Positions 45,204-59,168 of a stretch of 64,000 nt of DNA are shown here, in pieces (position 1 is the stretch's first letter; each line of letters starts with the position of its first letter). The stretch spans positions 1-64,000 of the forward strand of contig JAUCBJ010008088.1 in assembly GCA_032718475.1 (NCBI GenBank), given 5' to 3'. The translations under genes and the position numbers were made by a program. The notes beneath the pieces were generated by a model that had not been told where the DNA came from, made no database searches, and saw nothing but the letters and a program-made list of their open reading frames with translations. The stretch comes from Nemertoderma westbladi (lineage: Eukaryota; Animalia; Xenacoelomorpha).

Positions 45204-46939
45204 GTATATAGTTCTATTCCAAAATTGTGACAATACGAAACAAATGATTATTTAAAAATTGCAAATTAAAATTTGTTGTGAAAAAAATATACACTTTTGA
45301 GTGAAAATTCTCCAAATATAGGCCCTAATATTTATTAATAGATTATTATAGAAGAAAGAGTGTGGACCTAATGATATTGAACAAATGCATCCATGCAAGT
45401 AGAAATTACAGTGTATGCACAGGTACAGTCTGCTAGTTGGTACTAGTTAGCATATAGATAAATATATTAATAAATATGATAACAGCATTGAGTAATGGTG
45501 GAATTTTGGAATAAAATAGTAATTTATAGGTTTCATAATATCGATCTTACCGTGTAGATAAATTAAACACAATAACCAAACAAAAAATTAATATTCCTGA
45601 ACAAACAGAGTTTATAACGTCCCACTATCTACAATATTTTTAATTAGTTTTTTTTTTTGATACAATGAAAAAAAAATACAACAAAACTACTCATAGACAT
45701 AATAGTTAACGAAACACTGAACCACCTCAGGTTCTACACAACTTATTGGCACAGGTTTCTAAAGATATCAGAGTACCGAAAGTAATTAAATACTGCCTAG
45801 TAACTGTGCTATGGCAAGACATACGCAGTACCAAGACTGGAAAATTAATGTCAAAAATATGAGTCATGTGCTAATAATATGTGTTCATTATAATGACCTC
45901 AGAATCTCAAAAAAGTGATACCATAGCAGATATTTTCACATACGGTATTCTATTCAGAACACTTTAATTATCTTTCATTATTTTACACAAACTACTAATA
46001 AAAGGGCTGGACACACAATTATTATTCGTAGAGTACAATGCACATTATACTATCACCCTACTGCACTACGGAATGCATACAACACAACACAATCTATACA
46101 TTTGATACTAGCGTGTTAAGATTAGGACCTTATAATGTGGGTCTTAATGACTTGCGCTGCAACCAGAATGTGTATATTCGAACATGCAGAGACTAACCAA
46201 CAACATATTAACAAATTAATAACAAACAGTAACTGATAACAGCTGATAACAACTAACAGGAACGCACGAAATGTTGCTTATTTAATCGGCAATCCGTCTG
46301 CAGATTTGGTCCGAACTCAAAGGCGATTCAAGAAATGGGTGAACACTGTCCAGAGAAGCAAGATTGAAAGTATCTGAAAACTATTTTATTAGTCTCTGTC
46401 CTGTACCCTGCTCAGAAAATATAATTTCAGAAAATTATATTTCATATCAAAATATATGAAAATATATTTCATATATTAAATTTATATTTCAAATATAAAT
46501 AGATTCCACTTACATAACAATTTAGAATCTAATTTTACTCGAACGGCAGTGTGAAACGAACCTGGAAAGTAGGCGACGCAATACTCGTCTTTATTACAAG
46601 TCTCGTTGCGCTCGTCCTGTTTTGTCTGGAAACTGGAAATATTTTCCTAAACTTAGACTGACATCGTTCAGATAGCTGTTACCACAAACATTTGAGAAAA
46701 TACTCACTCTCACCACCTTGAAACAATAATCTACTTTTAGAAAAGTAGAATCTAATAAATTTGATAAAACTATAATTTACTTTTATAAAAGTCAATTCAA
46801 CTTTTCTGCATAAGAGTGCAATATAATTAATTGCATTAAGTCCATTAGCGCGAAAATAACCAATAAATATATAATATGATACACTGCATATTGGGTTTAG
46901 TAGTGTGATATTTATGACTTCCTTAAAAGTTGTCTGATA

Positions 46940-47200
46940 ATAATAATATTATTATCAGATAATAATAATTATACTTTTATTTGAAAAGTCATTCTCTCAG
47001 AAAGGCAACGGGCAGAGACCAAAGGATACAGTTGTCAGAACACTTGACATATTCCTCTCTCAAGGTATCTGATCTGCCTTTTCCCATCTAAGTTGTGTTG
47101 CGATAAATAAAACTCTTCTGGAATCTCTGACTAATATGATTTCTATTTTTTAACATCTGGAAAACTACGTTAATAATCTACAGGTATATGAATCAAAATG
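46940..47200 (-). mobile_element. 3' fragment of a LINE (CR1/L2-like) with (ATT)n tail
   Basis: Minus-strand frame ends ...RNHISQRFQKSFIYRNTT*, resembling LINE ORF2 C-termini; followed by a UTR and ATT repeats. Confidence 0.4.
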
Positions 47201-48017
47201 TTAGAAATTGTCAAAAACCAAATGTATTTGCCAAATTTCATCGTATTACTGTCAACGTTGCAGTCGTTATCATATCGCGAGGGACAAGTGGTAACTACAA
47301 AATGGCTTAATAAGAAACAAAAGGCAACGCATGGATTCATGGGTTAGATATGTTATTAATCAACCTATCGGATATTCGGAAGTAATTACGTTCGTTATAA
47401 TTTCTTGTGATCTAAAAAACACTTTGACAAAAACACCACACTCTAACAATAACATTCATCACTCCGACGCAATTATACTACAACGTAAATAAATCATTTA
47501 CGGGGCAGCTCTGCATTGTTTCTAGAACTAAAATTTAAATATTAAATGCTGCGTAGCCAGCCAATACGGAGCATTATAACAAAATAAAAGCACCAATGCA
47601 CCTAAAAGCAGCTGGACGGTACGTTCTGGAACACAATGATATCTATAGATACCGTATAAAGTGTTCGAGGTTTTGTTTTCAATTGGGTTCTATATAGTTA
47701 AATTGCACGAAAAAAATCACAATAATTGCGGAACCAACATCAGGGTTTGTTTTTTGGTCTGCTGATGTTTGTTAAATTATATTGTAAATGGAAAATAGTT
47801 ATTTTGTGTCAGAAGTAAAATTATATTCTAAAGTTATAAACTCTAAAGAATTATAGTCTAAATCACTACATACCTATCAAAAATATATATATCTAATATT
47901 TTGTGATATAGGATCTCAAAAAGAAAATAATCGGTCAATACAAAAAGAGTTAGACAATAATTATAATTGCCACGTAAGATCACCACAAAAATGTTTACAA
48001 ACGGTTTGTTAGGTTCA

Positions 48018-51000
48018 TATCCTTTGTTTGTATTGTCTGACGTTTCATGTCCTTTGTTTGTATTGTCCGACATTTCATATCCTTAGTTTGTATTGTCCGA
48101 CGTTTAATGTCCTTTGTTTGTATTGTCCGACATTTAATGTCCTTTGTTTGTATTGTCCGACGTTTAATGTCCTTTGTTTGTATTGTCCGACGTTTAATGT
48201 CATTTGTTTGTATTGTCCGACATTTAATGTCCTTTGTTTGTATTGTCTGACATTTCATATCCTTTGTTTGTATTGTCCGACGTTTAATGTCCTTTGTTTG
48301 TATTGTCCGACATTTCATATCCTTAGTTTGTATTGTCCGACGTTTAATGTCCTTTGTTTGTATTGTCCGACATTTAATGTCCTTTGTTTGTATTGTCCGA
48401 CGTTTAATGTCCTTTGTTTGTATTGTCCGACGTTTAATGTCATTTGTTTGTATTGTCCGACATTTAATGTCCTTTGTTTGTATTGTCCAACATTTAATGT
48501 CATTTGTTTGAATTGTCCGACGTTTAATGTCCTTTGTTTGTATTGTCCGACGTTTAATGTCATTTGTTTGTATTGTCCGACATTTAATGTCCTTTGTTTG
48601 TATTGTCTGACATTTCATATCCTTTGTTTGTATTGTCCGACGTTTAATGTCCTTTGTTTGTATTGTCCGACATTTCATATCCTTTGTTTGTATTGTCCGA
48701 CGTTTAATGTCCTTTGTTTGTATTGTCCGACATTTCATGTCCTTTGTTTGTATTGTCCGACGTTTAATGTCCTTTGCTTGTATTGTCCGACGTTTAATGT
48801 CCTTTGTTTGTATTGTCCGACATTTCATATCCTTTGTTTGTATTGTCCGACGTTTAATGTCCTTTGTTTGTATTGTCCGACATTTAATGTCCTTTTTTTG
48901 TATTGGCCGACATTTCATATCCTTTGTTTGTATTGTCCGACGTTTAATGTCCTTTGTTTGTATTGTCCGACATTTCATATCCTTTGTTTGTATTGTCCGA
49001 CGTTTAATGTCCGAGTTCGCTCGACCTAGTAGTAGTAGAATGTCCTTTGTTTGTATTGTCCGACATTTAATGTCCTTTGTTTGTATTGTCCGACATTTAA
49101 TGTCCTTTGTTTGTATTGTCCGACATTTCATATCCTTTGTTTGTATTGTCCGACGTTTAATGTCCTTTGTTTGTATTGTCCGACATTTAATGTCCTTTTT
49201 TTGTATTGTCCGATGTTTAATGTCCTTTGTTTGTATTGTCCGACATTTCATAATCCTTTGTTTGTATTGTCCGACATTTCATATCCTTTGTTTGTATTGT
49301 CCGACGTTTAATGTCCTTTGTTTGTATTGTCCGACATTTAATGTCCTTTGTTTGTATTGTCCGACATTTCATATCCTTTGTTTGTATTGTCCGGCGTTTA
49401 ATGTCCTTTGTTTGTATTGTCCGACATTTAATGTCCTTTTTTTGTATTGTCCGACGTTTAATGTCCTTTGTTTGTATTGTCCGACATTTCATATCCTTTG
49501 TTTGTATTGTCCGACATTTCATACCCTTTGTTTGTATTGTCCGACGTTTAATGTCCTTTGTTTGTATTGTCCGACATTTAATGTCCTTTGTTTGTATTGT
49601 CCGACGTTTAATGTCCTTTGTTTGTATTGTCCGACGTTTAATGTCCTTTGTTTGTATTGTCCGACATTTCATATCCTTTGTTTGTATTGTCCGACGTTTA
49701 ATGTCCTTTGTTTGTATTGTCCGACATTTAATGTCCTTTTTTTGTATTGTCCGACATTTCATATCCTTTGTTTGTATTGTCCGACGTTTAATGTCCCTTG
49801 TTTGTATTGTCCGACATTTCATATCCTTTGTCTGTATTGTCTGACGTTTAATGTAGTTTGTTTGTATTGTCCGACATTTAATGTCCTTTGTTTGTATTGT
49901 CCGACATTTCATATCCTTTGTTTGTATTGTCCGACATTTAATGTCCTTTGTTTGTATTGTCCGATATTTAATGTCCTTTGTTTGTATTGTCCGACATTTC
50001 ATATCCTTTGTTTGTATTGTCCGACGTTTAATGTCCTTTGTTTGTATTGTCCGATATTTAATGCCAGTCCTTTTTTTGTATTGTCCGACGTTTAATGTCC
50101 TTTGTTTGTATTGTCCGACATTTCATATCCTTTGTTTGTATTGTCCGACATTTCATATCCTTTGTTTGTATTGTTCGACGTTTAATATCCTTTGTTTGTA
50201 TTGTCCGACATTTAATGTCCTTTGTTTGTATTGTCCGACGTTTAATGTGCTTTATTTGTATTGTCCGACATTTCATATCTTTTGTTTGTAATGTCCGACT
50301 GCCCGACGTTTAATGTCCTTTGTTTGTATTGCCCAAAATTTAATGTCCTTTGTTTGAATTGTCCGACGTTTAATGTCCTTTGTTTGTATTGTCCAACATT
50401 TAATGTCATTTGTTTGAATTGTCCGACGTTTAATGTCCTTTGTTTGTATTGTCCGACGTTTAATGTCCTTTGTTTGTATTGTCAAACATTTAATGTCATT
50501 TGTTTGAATTGTCCGACGTTTAATGTCATTTGTTTGAATTGTCCGACGTTTAATGTCCTTTGTTTGTATTGTCCAACGTTTAATGTCATTTGTTTGAATT
50601 GTCCGACGTTTAATGTCCTTTGTTTGTATTGTCCGACGTTTAATGTCCTTTGTTTGTATTGTCCGACGTTTAATGTCCCTTGTTTGTATTGTCCGACATT
50701 TAATGTCCTTTGTTTGTATTGTCCGACGTTTAATGTCCTATGTTTGTATTGTCTGACATTTCATATCCTTTGTTTGAATTGTCCGACGTTTAATGTCCTT
50801 TGTTTGTATTGTCCGACGTTTAATGTCCTTTGTTTGTATTGTCCGACGTTTAATGTCCCTTGTTTGTATTGTCCGACATTTAATGTCATTTGTTTGAATT
50901 GTCCGATGTTTAATGTCCTTTGTTTGTATTGTCCGACGTTTAATGTCCTTTGTTTGTATTGTCCGACATTTAATGTCCTTTGTTTGTATTGTCCGACGTT

Positions 51001-51720
51001 TAATGTCCTTTGTTTGTATTGTCCGACATTTAATGTCCTTTGTTTGTGTTGTCCGACGATTAATGTCCTTTGTTTGTATTGTCCGACGTTTTATGTCCTT
51101 TGTTTGTATTGTCCGACGTTTTATGTCCTTTGTTTGTATTGTCCGACGTTTTATGTCCTTTGTTTGTATTGTCTGACATTTCATACCTTTGTTTGTATTG
51201 TCCGACGTTTAATGTCCTTTGTTTGTATTGTCCGACGAGTAATGTCCTTTGTTTGTATTGTCCGACGTTTTATGTCCTTTGTTTGTATTGTCCGAAGTTT
51301 TGTCCTTTGTTTGTATTGTCCGACGTTTAATGTCCTTTGCTTGTATAGTCTGACATTTCATATCCTTTGTTTGTATTGTCCGACGTTTAATGTCCTTTGT
51401 TTGTATTGTCCGACGTTTTATGTCCTTTGTTTGTATTGTCTGACGTTTTGTCCTTTGTTTGTATTGTCCGACGTTTAATGTCCTTTGCTTGTATAGTCTG
51501 AAATTTCATATCCTTTGTTTGTATTGTCCGACGTGTAATGTCCTTTGTTTGTATTGTCCGACGTTTAATATCCTTTGTTTGTATTGTCCGACGTTTTATG
51601 ACCTTTGTTTGTATTGTCCGACGTTTAATGTCCTTTGTTTGTATTGTCCGACGTTTTATGTCCTTTGTTTATATTGTCCGACGTTTTATGTCCTTTGTTT
51701 GTATTGTCCGACACTTCATG
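48018..51720. repeat. 30-bp satellite array, ~3.7 kb (~120 copies)
   Basis: Unit cctttgtttgtattgtccgac(g/a)ttt(aatgt/catat); begins ~45 bp past the PTP stop codon. Confidence 0.97.
49013..49038 (+). mobile_element. 26-bp 5'-truncated LINE 3' end inserted in the satellite
   Basis: gagttcgctcgacc + (TAG)4 tail, flanked by TSD AATGTCC (49006-49012, 49039-49045). Confidence 0.7.
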
Positions 51721-51763
51721 CCACATATTATTATTGATCGACGATTTATCTACAAACAAACAG

Positions 51764-52223
51764 TTACGTATTGTCCGGAGTTTTGTCGGGGGAGGGCGAG
51801 CTATCGAAGGGGAATGCGGTCCGACAATAGGCTGGGGGGCTGACAGTCCTCGGGCGGGTCTCTGGGGGGCTTCCGACCGCCGGAACCCCGACCGGCTGAC
51901 AAGCTACACCCCCGATCCAACGCACTACATCGTGTTGCGATTGGCTGTTGGGCAGGACCAATAGCGGCGGTCGTGAGGGCCGTCTGCCCAACCAGACGCC
52001 GGAAGGCCTCCGTTCCCCGGAATTACTACGGGACTTCCGGCGCCCGCCTTCCACACCGCTGACTCGCAGTTCGCCTGGCTCTGGAAATTCAAATCGCCCG
52101 CGTTTAAATTTCTTCAATGGTTGAACGTCCGGTAAGGTTTCCTCTTTCGTGTAAATGTCGATAAATTCACACAAGGCTTTATGAATAAATTCGTATTGCT
52201 CCAAAGTTTGAACCATTCCACCC
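51764..52223 (-). CDS. KIM-family protein tyrosine phosphatase, last exon (Q-loop plus C-terminal tail)
   Basis: cacag| acceptor; RGGMVQTLEQYEFIHKAL, followed by an S/P/R-rich tail. Confidence 0.92.
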
Positions 52224-53179
52224 CTGTGTGTATAGAAAAAACGGATACATCAGGAAAAGTTAAAACATGTTGGTTTTAGTGTTTAAACGGATTCCAAATC
52301 CCGAAATCCAGGTCCCGATATTTTTGGAACGGGATCCTAAAGTATATAGTTAAGTTAAATTTGTTGAATATCCAATGAACAGTTGAACCAGAACGGAAAT
52401 GTTTTGATTATATCGAATTTTTATGTCAGTAAAGTAATAAATTCAAAATAATTTTAATATAACTTTACATTACTAATATTTCAGAAGTGTAAGATAAAGT
52501 TAGTGTTACCAAAAAACCGCCACATTTACTATTAACTCTATATGGAATTTAATTCAAAATTGCAATCCCGAAAAACGGGATCCCGAGAGTGAGGCCCCTG
52601 TGAAGAATACCAGACTTTCTGCCATTATTTTTCACTTTGCAGTTACCCCCCCCCCCCCCCCCCCCCCCGCCCCCCGTGTGTGAAGAATACTACCAGCTTT
52701 TCACCAAAACCACAGGTTACAGAAGGGCTGAATCTAACCAAAACAATAAACGAATTAGTATATCTACAGGTTATAAGACAGAAACAAGCGCTATAAAACA
52801 ATTAAAAAAGATAAATTTAAAAAAATAAAAAATCTTCATATATTAATTTCCAATAAAAAGTCGACGGTCAATAATAAAATTGACATTTTAATTTGTTTAC
52901 TACAATCCCATTGCCAAGGTAATAACGATAATAGCAAATTTGATTTATTGCTGTCGTTAAATAGTGAATTGTGAATTAAAAACATTGTGAACTCAAAAGT
53001 ATATCAAATCAACCTGATTTGAACCGCGAACCATGTTGGATAAAAAATATCGGCGACTCGCGTATTTATACCACATAGTACATCAAATCATAGTATATTA
53101 TAGGGAGGGAGGGAGGCGAGTGTCTCACTAACCTAAAGCTAGAACCGTATACTAACGTTTGGTGAGTCTAGGAACTAAC

Positions 53180-53355
53180 CTTTCTTTCCTCATTTGACAA
53201 ACAATACTTAGAACATCGGCGTATCCCGTCTCCATAAGCTGTAGCATTCCTATTGACATGGAAATGAAGCAACCTGTCCGCCCTAACCCGGCGCTACAAT
53301 GAACTATAGTAGGTCCAATGACGTCATAGGAGTCTGTGTGTCGACGTTTCTCAAC
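53180..53355 (-). CDS. PTP exon with catalytic motif
   Basis: GPTIVHCSAGLGRTGCFI...DVLSIVCQMRKER; canonical AG/GT boundaries. Confidence 0.96.
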
Positions 53356-53568
53356 CTGGAGGGAGTTTATTGTTTATTATTATTGTAGAACGCTACAACG
53401 AAATATCTTTTCAAAAACTAAATAACATTATATTTAACAAATTAGAATTAATAACAAAAATATTTACATTAATTATGAAAAAAATAGAACATTTTTTCAT
53501 TCCTGAGGTAATTTATAAATGTTTGAAAGAACATTGAACAAATATTGAGGATTGCCAACCCCACCAAC

Positions 53569-53736
53569 CTGGCGAATCACTTCCAGTAACTCCATGGCAG
53601 ACTGGGGCACTCTCTGATCAGGCCAAGCCTTGAACCAGTAATGGGTGCAGTTCTTGGATTCCCCGGTATTAAGACTTCGCAGAGTTAAGTTCATCACAGT
53701 GTACGCGGTGAGTTCTTCAATAGATTTGATACAAAC
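53569..53736 (-). CDS. PTP exon with WPD loop
   Basis: VCIKSIEELTAYTVMNLTL...THYWFKAWPDQRVPQSAMELLEVIRQ; 168 nt, phase 0/0. Confidence 0.95.
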
Positions 53737-54071
53737 CTAAATAAAACCGAGAAAATTAAACAACGAAATTAATACATTTCATTTGAATTCATTATAATTC
53801 ACTCGGGTGGAGAAAAAATATGTAAGTATTTAAATGAATCCACAGCCCGCGCTGTAATTATAGCAAATCTTGAGTATTCAGTGATGATATATTTTATAGA
53901 ATAGAACAATAATAATAATAAATTACTTTTAACCAGGGGATATGAGGGGGGGGGGGGGGGGGGGGGGTAGTTCGAGCTACCGAATTACAGATCCCATCCA
54001 TGTCATAGTCGCCATCGGTTGTCGTATAAAACAAATAAAAATACATTTACATGTAAATAAATCATACGCAC

Positions 54072-54140
54072 CTGTATCTCGCGGTAACTGTGCTTCTGCC
54101 CAACTTGAACAGGCGTCGGCCAATAGCATTCGCATTTAGT
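54072..54140 (-). CDS. PTP exon (KCxxYWP motif)
   Basis: TKCECYWPTPVQVGQKHSYREIQ; 69 nt with AG/GT boundaries. Confidence 0.93.
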
Positions 54141-56732
54141 CTGTGGAAGAAACAAAACACTGTTTGTTATTAGCTGCCAAAGAAAGGGGAATGATTACAC
54201 GACCAGATGACGCAATGTATGAGATATGTTGAATTTATAACTAACAGGAGATGCAGATATCTAATCAATCATATATTATTATTATCATCAACAGAAAACG
54301 TCACAAAGAAGACGAATACCAACTTAATACGTCATCCCAGAATGATGCGATGGATTGGGCCAATTAGAAGATAGTATAATGGTGGGCGTGTGTTTCTTAT
54401 ATAATGAATGGGGGGTAGACGTTAAACGGACATGGCCATGGTGGGTTGGGAGAGAGGGGTTTGGGAGACAATGAAACAAACTTAGTGTAGGATAATTATG
54501 CGCAACAGAAAACACGTCACAGTAGGGTTCTATGGCAGAATGGGGAGGCGATGGTAGGGAATACCAACCCGGATCTACGATTCTGCCCCCAGAAACGTAC
54601 CAAACGATATCTAAACAAGGATAACATTTACGGAATCTCTTCAAACCCACGCATTTAAAGCATATCACATTAGTTAATGTAGTAAAGTAAAGAGCGCGGA
54701 TGCTCAGCTTCTGTCATATATATATTCTGATTCGGAAAAAATATCCAATGTATACGGGATACTTATTTCCAAAATGGCCGTCCCTAAATTTATTCAAGTT
54801 TATTTAGAACATTGTCGACTACTCCTCCCCATACATCACCAAATCTCGTACCCCTTTAAAGGACCCAAGTAGCAAACAATTACGGGTCCCAAAAATCGGA
54901 TCCCAGCAACACCTTCATGGACTTCGTCGCTCCTAGGCAAAAACAGTGAGCAATCCAGTTCTGGGTGCAGTGAGTACACCAAGGGAAGCAGTTGGAGGTC
55001 AGAGGGGAGAAGGTAGAGGTGCAAGAGGAGCAGTCGGAAGAGCGAGAGGAGTAGTTCGACGTGTGAGAGGAGAAGCGAGTGGAGACGGAGTGGGAAGTAC
55101 AGGATGATCTGTGGAGGATGTGGGGGACGGAGTGGGAAGTACAGGAGGATCTGTGGATGATGTGGGAGACGGAGTGAGAAATACAGGATGGTCTGTGGAG
55201 GGTGTGGGAGACTGAGTGGGAAGTACATGAGGATCTGTGGAGGGTGTGGGAGACGGAGTGGGAGGTATGGGAGGATCTGTGGAGGGTGTGGGAGACGGAA
55301 TGGGAAGTACATGAGGATCTGTGGAGGGTGTGGGAGACGGAGTGGGAAGCTCAGGAGGATCTGTGGAGGGTGTGGGAGACGGAGTGGTAAGTACAGGAGG
55401 ATCTGTGGAGGATGTGGGAGACGGGGTGTGAAGTTCAAGAGGATGTGTTGAGGATGTGGGAGACGGAGTGGGAAATACAGGAAGGACTGTGGAGATGGAG
55501 TGGGATGTACAAGAGGATCTGTGGAGGATGTGGGAGACGGAGTAGGAAATACAGGAAGGTCTGTGGAGGGTGTGGGAGACGGAGTGGGAAGTACAAGAAG
55601 ATCTGTGGAGGGTGTGGGAGTCGGATGAGAAGTACAGGAGGATCTGTGGAGGATGTGGGAGACGGAGTGGGAAATACAGGAAGGTCTGTGGAGGATGTGG
55701 GAGACGGAGTAGGAAATACAGGAAGGTCTGTGGAGGGTGTGGGAGACGGAGTGGGAAGTACAGGAGGATCTGTGGAAGGTGTGGGAGACGGAGTGGGAAG
55801 TACAAGAGGATCTGTGGAGGATGTGGGAGACGGAGTAGGAAATACAGGAAGGTCTGTGGAGGGTGTGGGAGACGGAGTGGGAAGTACAGGAGGATCTGTG
55901 GAAGGTGTGGGAGACGGAGTGGGAAGTACAAGAGGATCTGTGGAGGATGTGGGAGACGGAGTGGGAAGCTCAGGAGGATCTGTTGAGGGTGGAAAAGAAG
56001 GAGTGGGAATTACAGGAAGGTCTGTGGAGAGTGTGGGAGACGGAGTGGGAAGTACAGCAGGATCTGTGGAGGGTGTGGGAGTCGGAGTGGGAAGTACAAG
56101 AGGATCTGTGGAGGATGTGGGAGACGGAGTGGGAAGTACAGGAGGATCTGTGGAGGGTGTGGGGGACGGAGTGGGAAGTACAGGAGGATCTGTGGAGGAT
56201 GTGGGAGACGGAGTGGGAAGCTCAGGAGGATCTGTGGAGGATGTGGGAGACGGAGTGGGAAGCTCAGGAGGATCTGTGGAGGATGTGGGAGACGGAATGG
56301 GAAGTACAGGAGGATCTGTGGAGGATGTGGGAGACGGAGTGGGAAGTACAGAAGGATCTGTGGAGGGTGTGGGGGACGGAGTGGGAAGTACAGGAGGATC
56401 TGTGGAGGATGTGGGAGACGGAGTGGGAAGCTCAGGAGGATCCGTGGAGGGTCTGGGAGACGGAGTGGGAATTACAGGAAGGTCTGTGGAGGATGTGGGA
56501 GACGGAATGGGAAGTACAGAAGGATCTGTGGAGGGTGTGGGGGACGGAGTGGGAAGTACAGGAGGATCTGTGGAGGATGTGGGAGACGGAGTGGGAAGCT
56601 CAGGAGGATCTGTGGAGGATGTGGGAGACGGAATGGGAAGTACAGGAGGATCTGTGGAGGATGTGGGAGACGGAGTGGGAAGCTCAGGAGGATTCGTGGA
56701 GGGTCTGGGAGACGGAGTGGGAATTACAGGAA

Positions 56733-59168
56733 CTACTACTAGCATCGGCATGCTGCATTGCAGCTGCATTTTTAAGAATGCTGTGCCGGCTTATCAACAA
56801 AATTGCACCGCCACAACTCCCTATCACCCATGACATTTGCTAGATCATCCGCATCTTTAAGGCCAGTGTCCTTTAAGATGCGTCTCAAGAAAGTCATGGG
56901 CTGTCCACCATGCTTATTCACTCCATGAGGCTGCCAAAGTACAAGATTATGCACTGGCTGGTCCTCACGGCGAAAGCAATGTCCTGCAAAGCGGAGGCGA
57001 TTTTGTTCTAGTGTCAAGCTTGGGGGAACCAATGAGACACCTCCAATGTTATATAGTGTCTGGTTGGAGATGTGTGCATTGTACTTGACACAATGTACCC
57101 GGCGTAGCATTCTTGTGAATGTGCCATCCAGAGATTTGGTGTCCTCAGCAGTTAGAGCCCAGCATGGACTCCCGTAGAGGAGTACTGGAACTACTGCTGC
57201 TCTAAATAATCGGACCTTAAGTTTCCGATTAATTCTAGGTGACTTCCAAATCCTGGAAAGCCTATTCAAGGCTGCCCATGCCTTTCCCTTACGTATTCGA
57301 AGGTCCTCACCTGACTTCCGGATCCATGATCCCAGGTAACAGAAGTCGTCCACATGCTCAAGCATACCATCCTTTGAGCTTATGCTCATCCGATCAGAGA
57401 CTTGCTGAGGACTTTCAAAGTTAACTGTCAGAATTTTGGTCTTTCTGGAGTTAATAAAAAGACCAACACTAGAAGCAGCATGTTCTAATGAGCTGAGGAG
57501 CCGCTGGGCTCCCTCTAATGATTCTGAGAGTACTCCTAAGTCATCAGCAAAGTCTAGATCAGTTAGGTACTTGGCAGGATTTCCTCGACTTCTGGAGCCA
57601 GTAGGTGGAGTTATCATCACCCCATCATCATTATGATGATCTAAGGACATGCGTAGAACATAGTCAACCACAATAATGAACAAGAATGGTGCAAGTGTGT
57701 CTCCTTGGAGGACGCCCCATAACACTTCAAATGGTTCTGTGTCACCGTCAACAGTAGACACAAATGTTGTCGAACCATCGTATACTGATCTGATTGCTGC
57801 AATAATTTCATCAGGAATCCCATATAATGAAAGTATGCTGAACATACGTGAGCGAGAGACTGAATCAAAGGCCTTGAAGAAGTCAACAAAGATAACAGCC
57901 AGATGCCTGTCTTTCTTTTTTGATAACTCTTCAATTATCCTTCTAAGTGCCAAAATGGGCTCCATGGTCCCACGACCTTTACGGAACCCATTCTGATTTC
58001 CACGTAGCAGTCTCTCAATGGGATCCCTGATGCGATTTAATAGAATTCTATTGTATAGTTTTGCAGCAATCGAGATCAATGAGATTCCCCGAAAAGAACC
58101 ATAGAGTGTTAGGTTGCCCTTCTTGGGAACTGGCACCAACTTATTTGTTTTCATTTCTTGTGGGACTCTTGTTGTACGGTACATGTCTACTATGATGGGA
58201 TAGATGAGCTTTAAACACTCAGGTATTTTAAAGACCTCAGGGGGAACGCCATCTACTCCACTGGCACGATTGGTCTTAATGCTCTTTGCAGCAGCCTTCA
58301 CTTCTGCAAAGGAGATATCGCCAATGGGAATATCTGGGAGTACAGACTCAGACACTTTTACTTCTATAAAGTTATCAGGCAATACCCTGTCATTATTGAG
58401 GAGCTTTTCAAAGTGGGCTTTCCAACCATTGAGGCGATCGGCTGGTGATTCAGCCTTAACCTTGGTGGTTGGTTGGCTTTTCCGCCCAGTAAGCAGATTG
58501 ATCGATTTCCATGCCTGGGATGATTGCCTGCTGTCGTCAGCATCATTGATGGCATCAACCTGTTGGTTTATTAGCTTCTGTAGATTAACAGAGTACTGCC
58601 TGTTCAGGGACCTAGATGCAGCTTTAACTGCATTCTTGGCCGCTGTAGTCTGTTTGAGTCGGGACTCTTTCTGCGCCTTATGAAGGTCATTTCGGCACTT
58701 CTGAATTTTGTTGTCAGTCCAGGGGGCCCTTTTCCTGTTTCGAGGGTATACAGGAACTGTTTCTGCAGCTGCTAACTTAACTGCTTCTGTAAAGGCAGTA
58801 TAGCCCTCACAGTGATCTGCCGCCTCAGAGGCAAGAGCCTCATACCTGTTGCTCAGCTGTAGTGTGAAGCTGGATCTCACACTTGGCTGTTGCAACAGAG
58901 AGGACCAGTCATGCCGTGGCAAGGCAGATTTCGTTGTTCTGCTAGCACGCAGACTAAGTCTTACCTTGGCCACAATAAGGCGGTGATCACTGGAGAAGGG
59001 TCGAAGTGTAAATGCATTACAGTCTTGTATAGAGCTCCTGTATTTCCTACGAAACAGAATATGGTCTATCTGGGACTTGTGACCACTGGGTCCACTATGA
59101 GTCCATAGCTTTCCAGTTCGCTTCTTGAACTGGGTTCCAGCCGAAAACAATCCATTTCCAGAGAAGGC
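56733..59168 (-). mobile_element. 5'-truncated RTE-clade LINE
   Basis: 10-bp TSD ATTACAGGAA (56723-56732, 59169-59178); (TAG)n tail; very short 3' UTR. Confidence 0.95.
56772..59150 (-). CDS. RTE LINE ORF: end of APE endonuclease plus reverse transcriptase
   Basis: SQIDHIL...SDHRL (endonuclease C-terminus); RT motifs [41 protein letters not shown]; RTE-type [10 protein letters not shown]. No internal stops. Confidence 0.95.
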   Translation of the reverse strand: MFSAGTQFKKRTGKLWTHSGPSGHKSQIDHILFRRKYRSSIQDCNAFTLRPFSSDHRLIVAKVRLSLRASRTTKSALPRHDWSSLLQQPSVRSSFTLQLSNRYEALASEAADHCEGYTAFTEAVKLAAAETVPVYPRNRKRAPWTDNKIQKCRNDLHKAQKESRLKQTTAAKNAVKAASRSLNRQYSVNLQKLINQQVDAINDADDSRQSSQAWKSINLLTGRKSQPTTKVKAESPADRLNGWKAHFEKLLNNDRVLPDNFIEVKVSESVLPDIPIGDISFAEVKAAAKSIKTNRASGVDGVPPEVFKIPECLKLIYPIIVDMYRTTRVPQEMKTNKLVPVPKKGNLTLYGSFRGISLISIAAKLYNRILLNRIRDPIERLLRGNQNGFRKGRGTMEPILALRRIIEELSKKKDRHLAVIFVDFFKAFDSVSRSRMFSILSLYGIPDEIIAAIRSVYDGSTTFVSTVDGDTEPFEVLWGVLQGDTLAPFLFIIVVDYVLRMSLDHHNDDGVMITPPTGSRSRGNPAKYLTDLDFADDLGVLSESLEGAQRLLSSLEHAASSVGLFINSRKTKILTVNFESPQQVSDRMSISSKDGMLEHVDDFCYLGSWIRKSGEDLRIRKGKAWAALNRLSRIWKSPRINRKLKVRLFRAAVVPVLLYGSPCWALTAEDTKSLDGTFTRMLRRVHCVKYNAHISNQTLYNIGGVSLVPPSLTLEQNRLRFAGHCFRREDQPVHNLVLWQPHGVNKHGGQPMTFLRRILKDTGLKDADDLANVMGDRELWRCNFVDKPAQHS

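Noticed and set aside
47995-51843. Many long ORFs (KCRTIQTKDI, YCPTFNVLCL and MSFVCIVRR repeats)
   Set aside because: By-products of a 30-bp stop-poor satellite; open in several frames on both strands with no unique sequence.
54836-56843. Repeat ORFs on both strands ([36 protein letters not shown]) as real genes or a PTP ectodomain exon
   Set aside because: They derive from a 39-bp minisatellite with frameshifts, lie between two catalytic-domain exons that splice in frame without them, and are interrupted by a LINE.
57239-59108. Plus-strand ORFs overlapping the LINE, and similar shadow ORFs within 21345-31435 and 61405-61830
   Set aside because: Antisense or alternate-frame shadows of well-supported coding regions.
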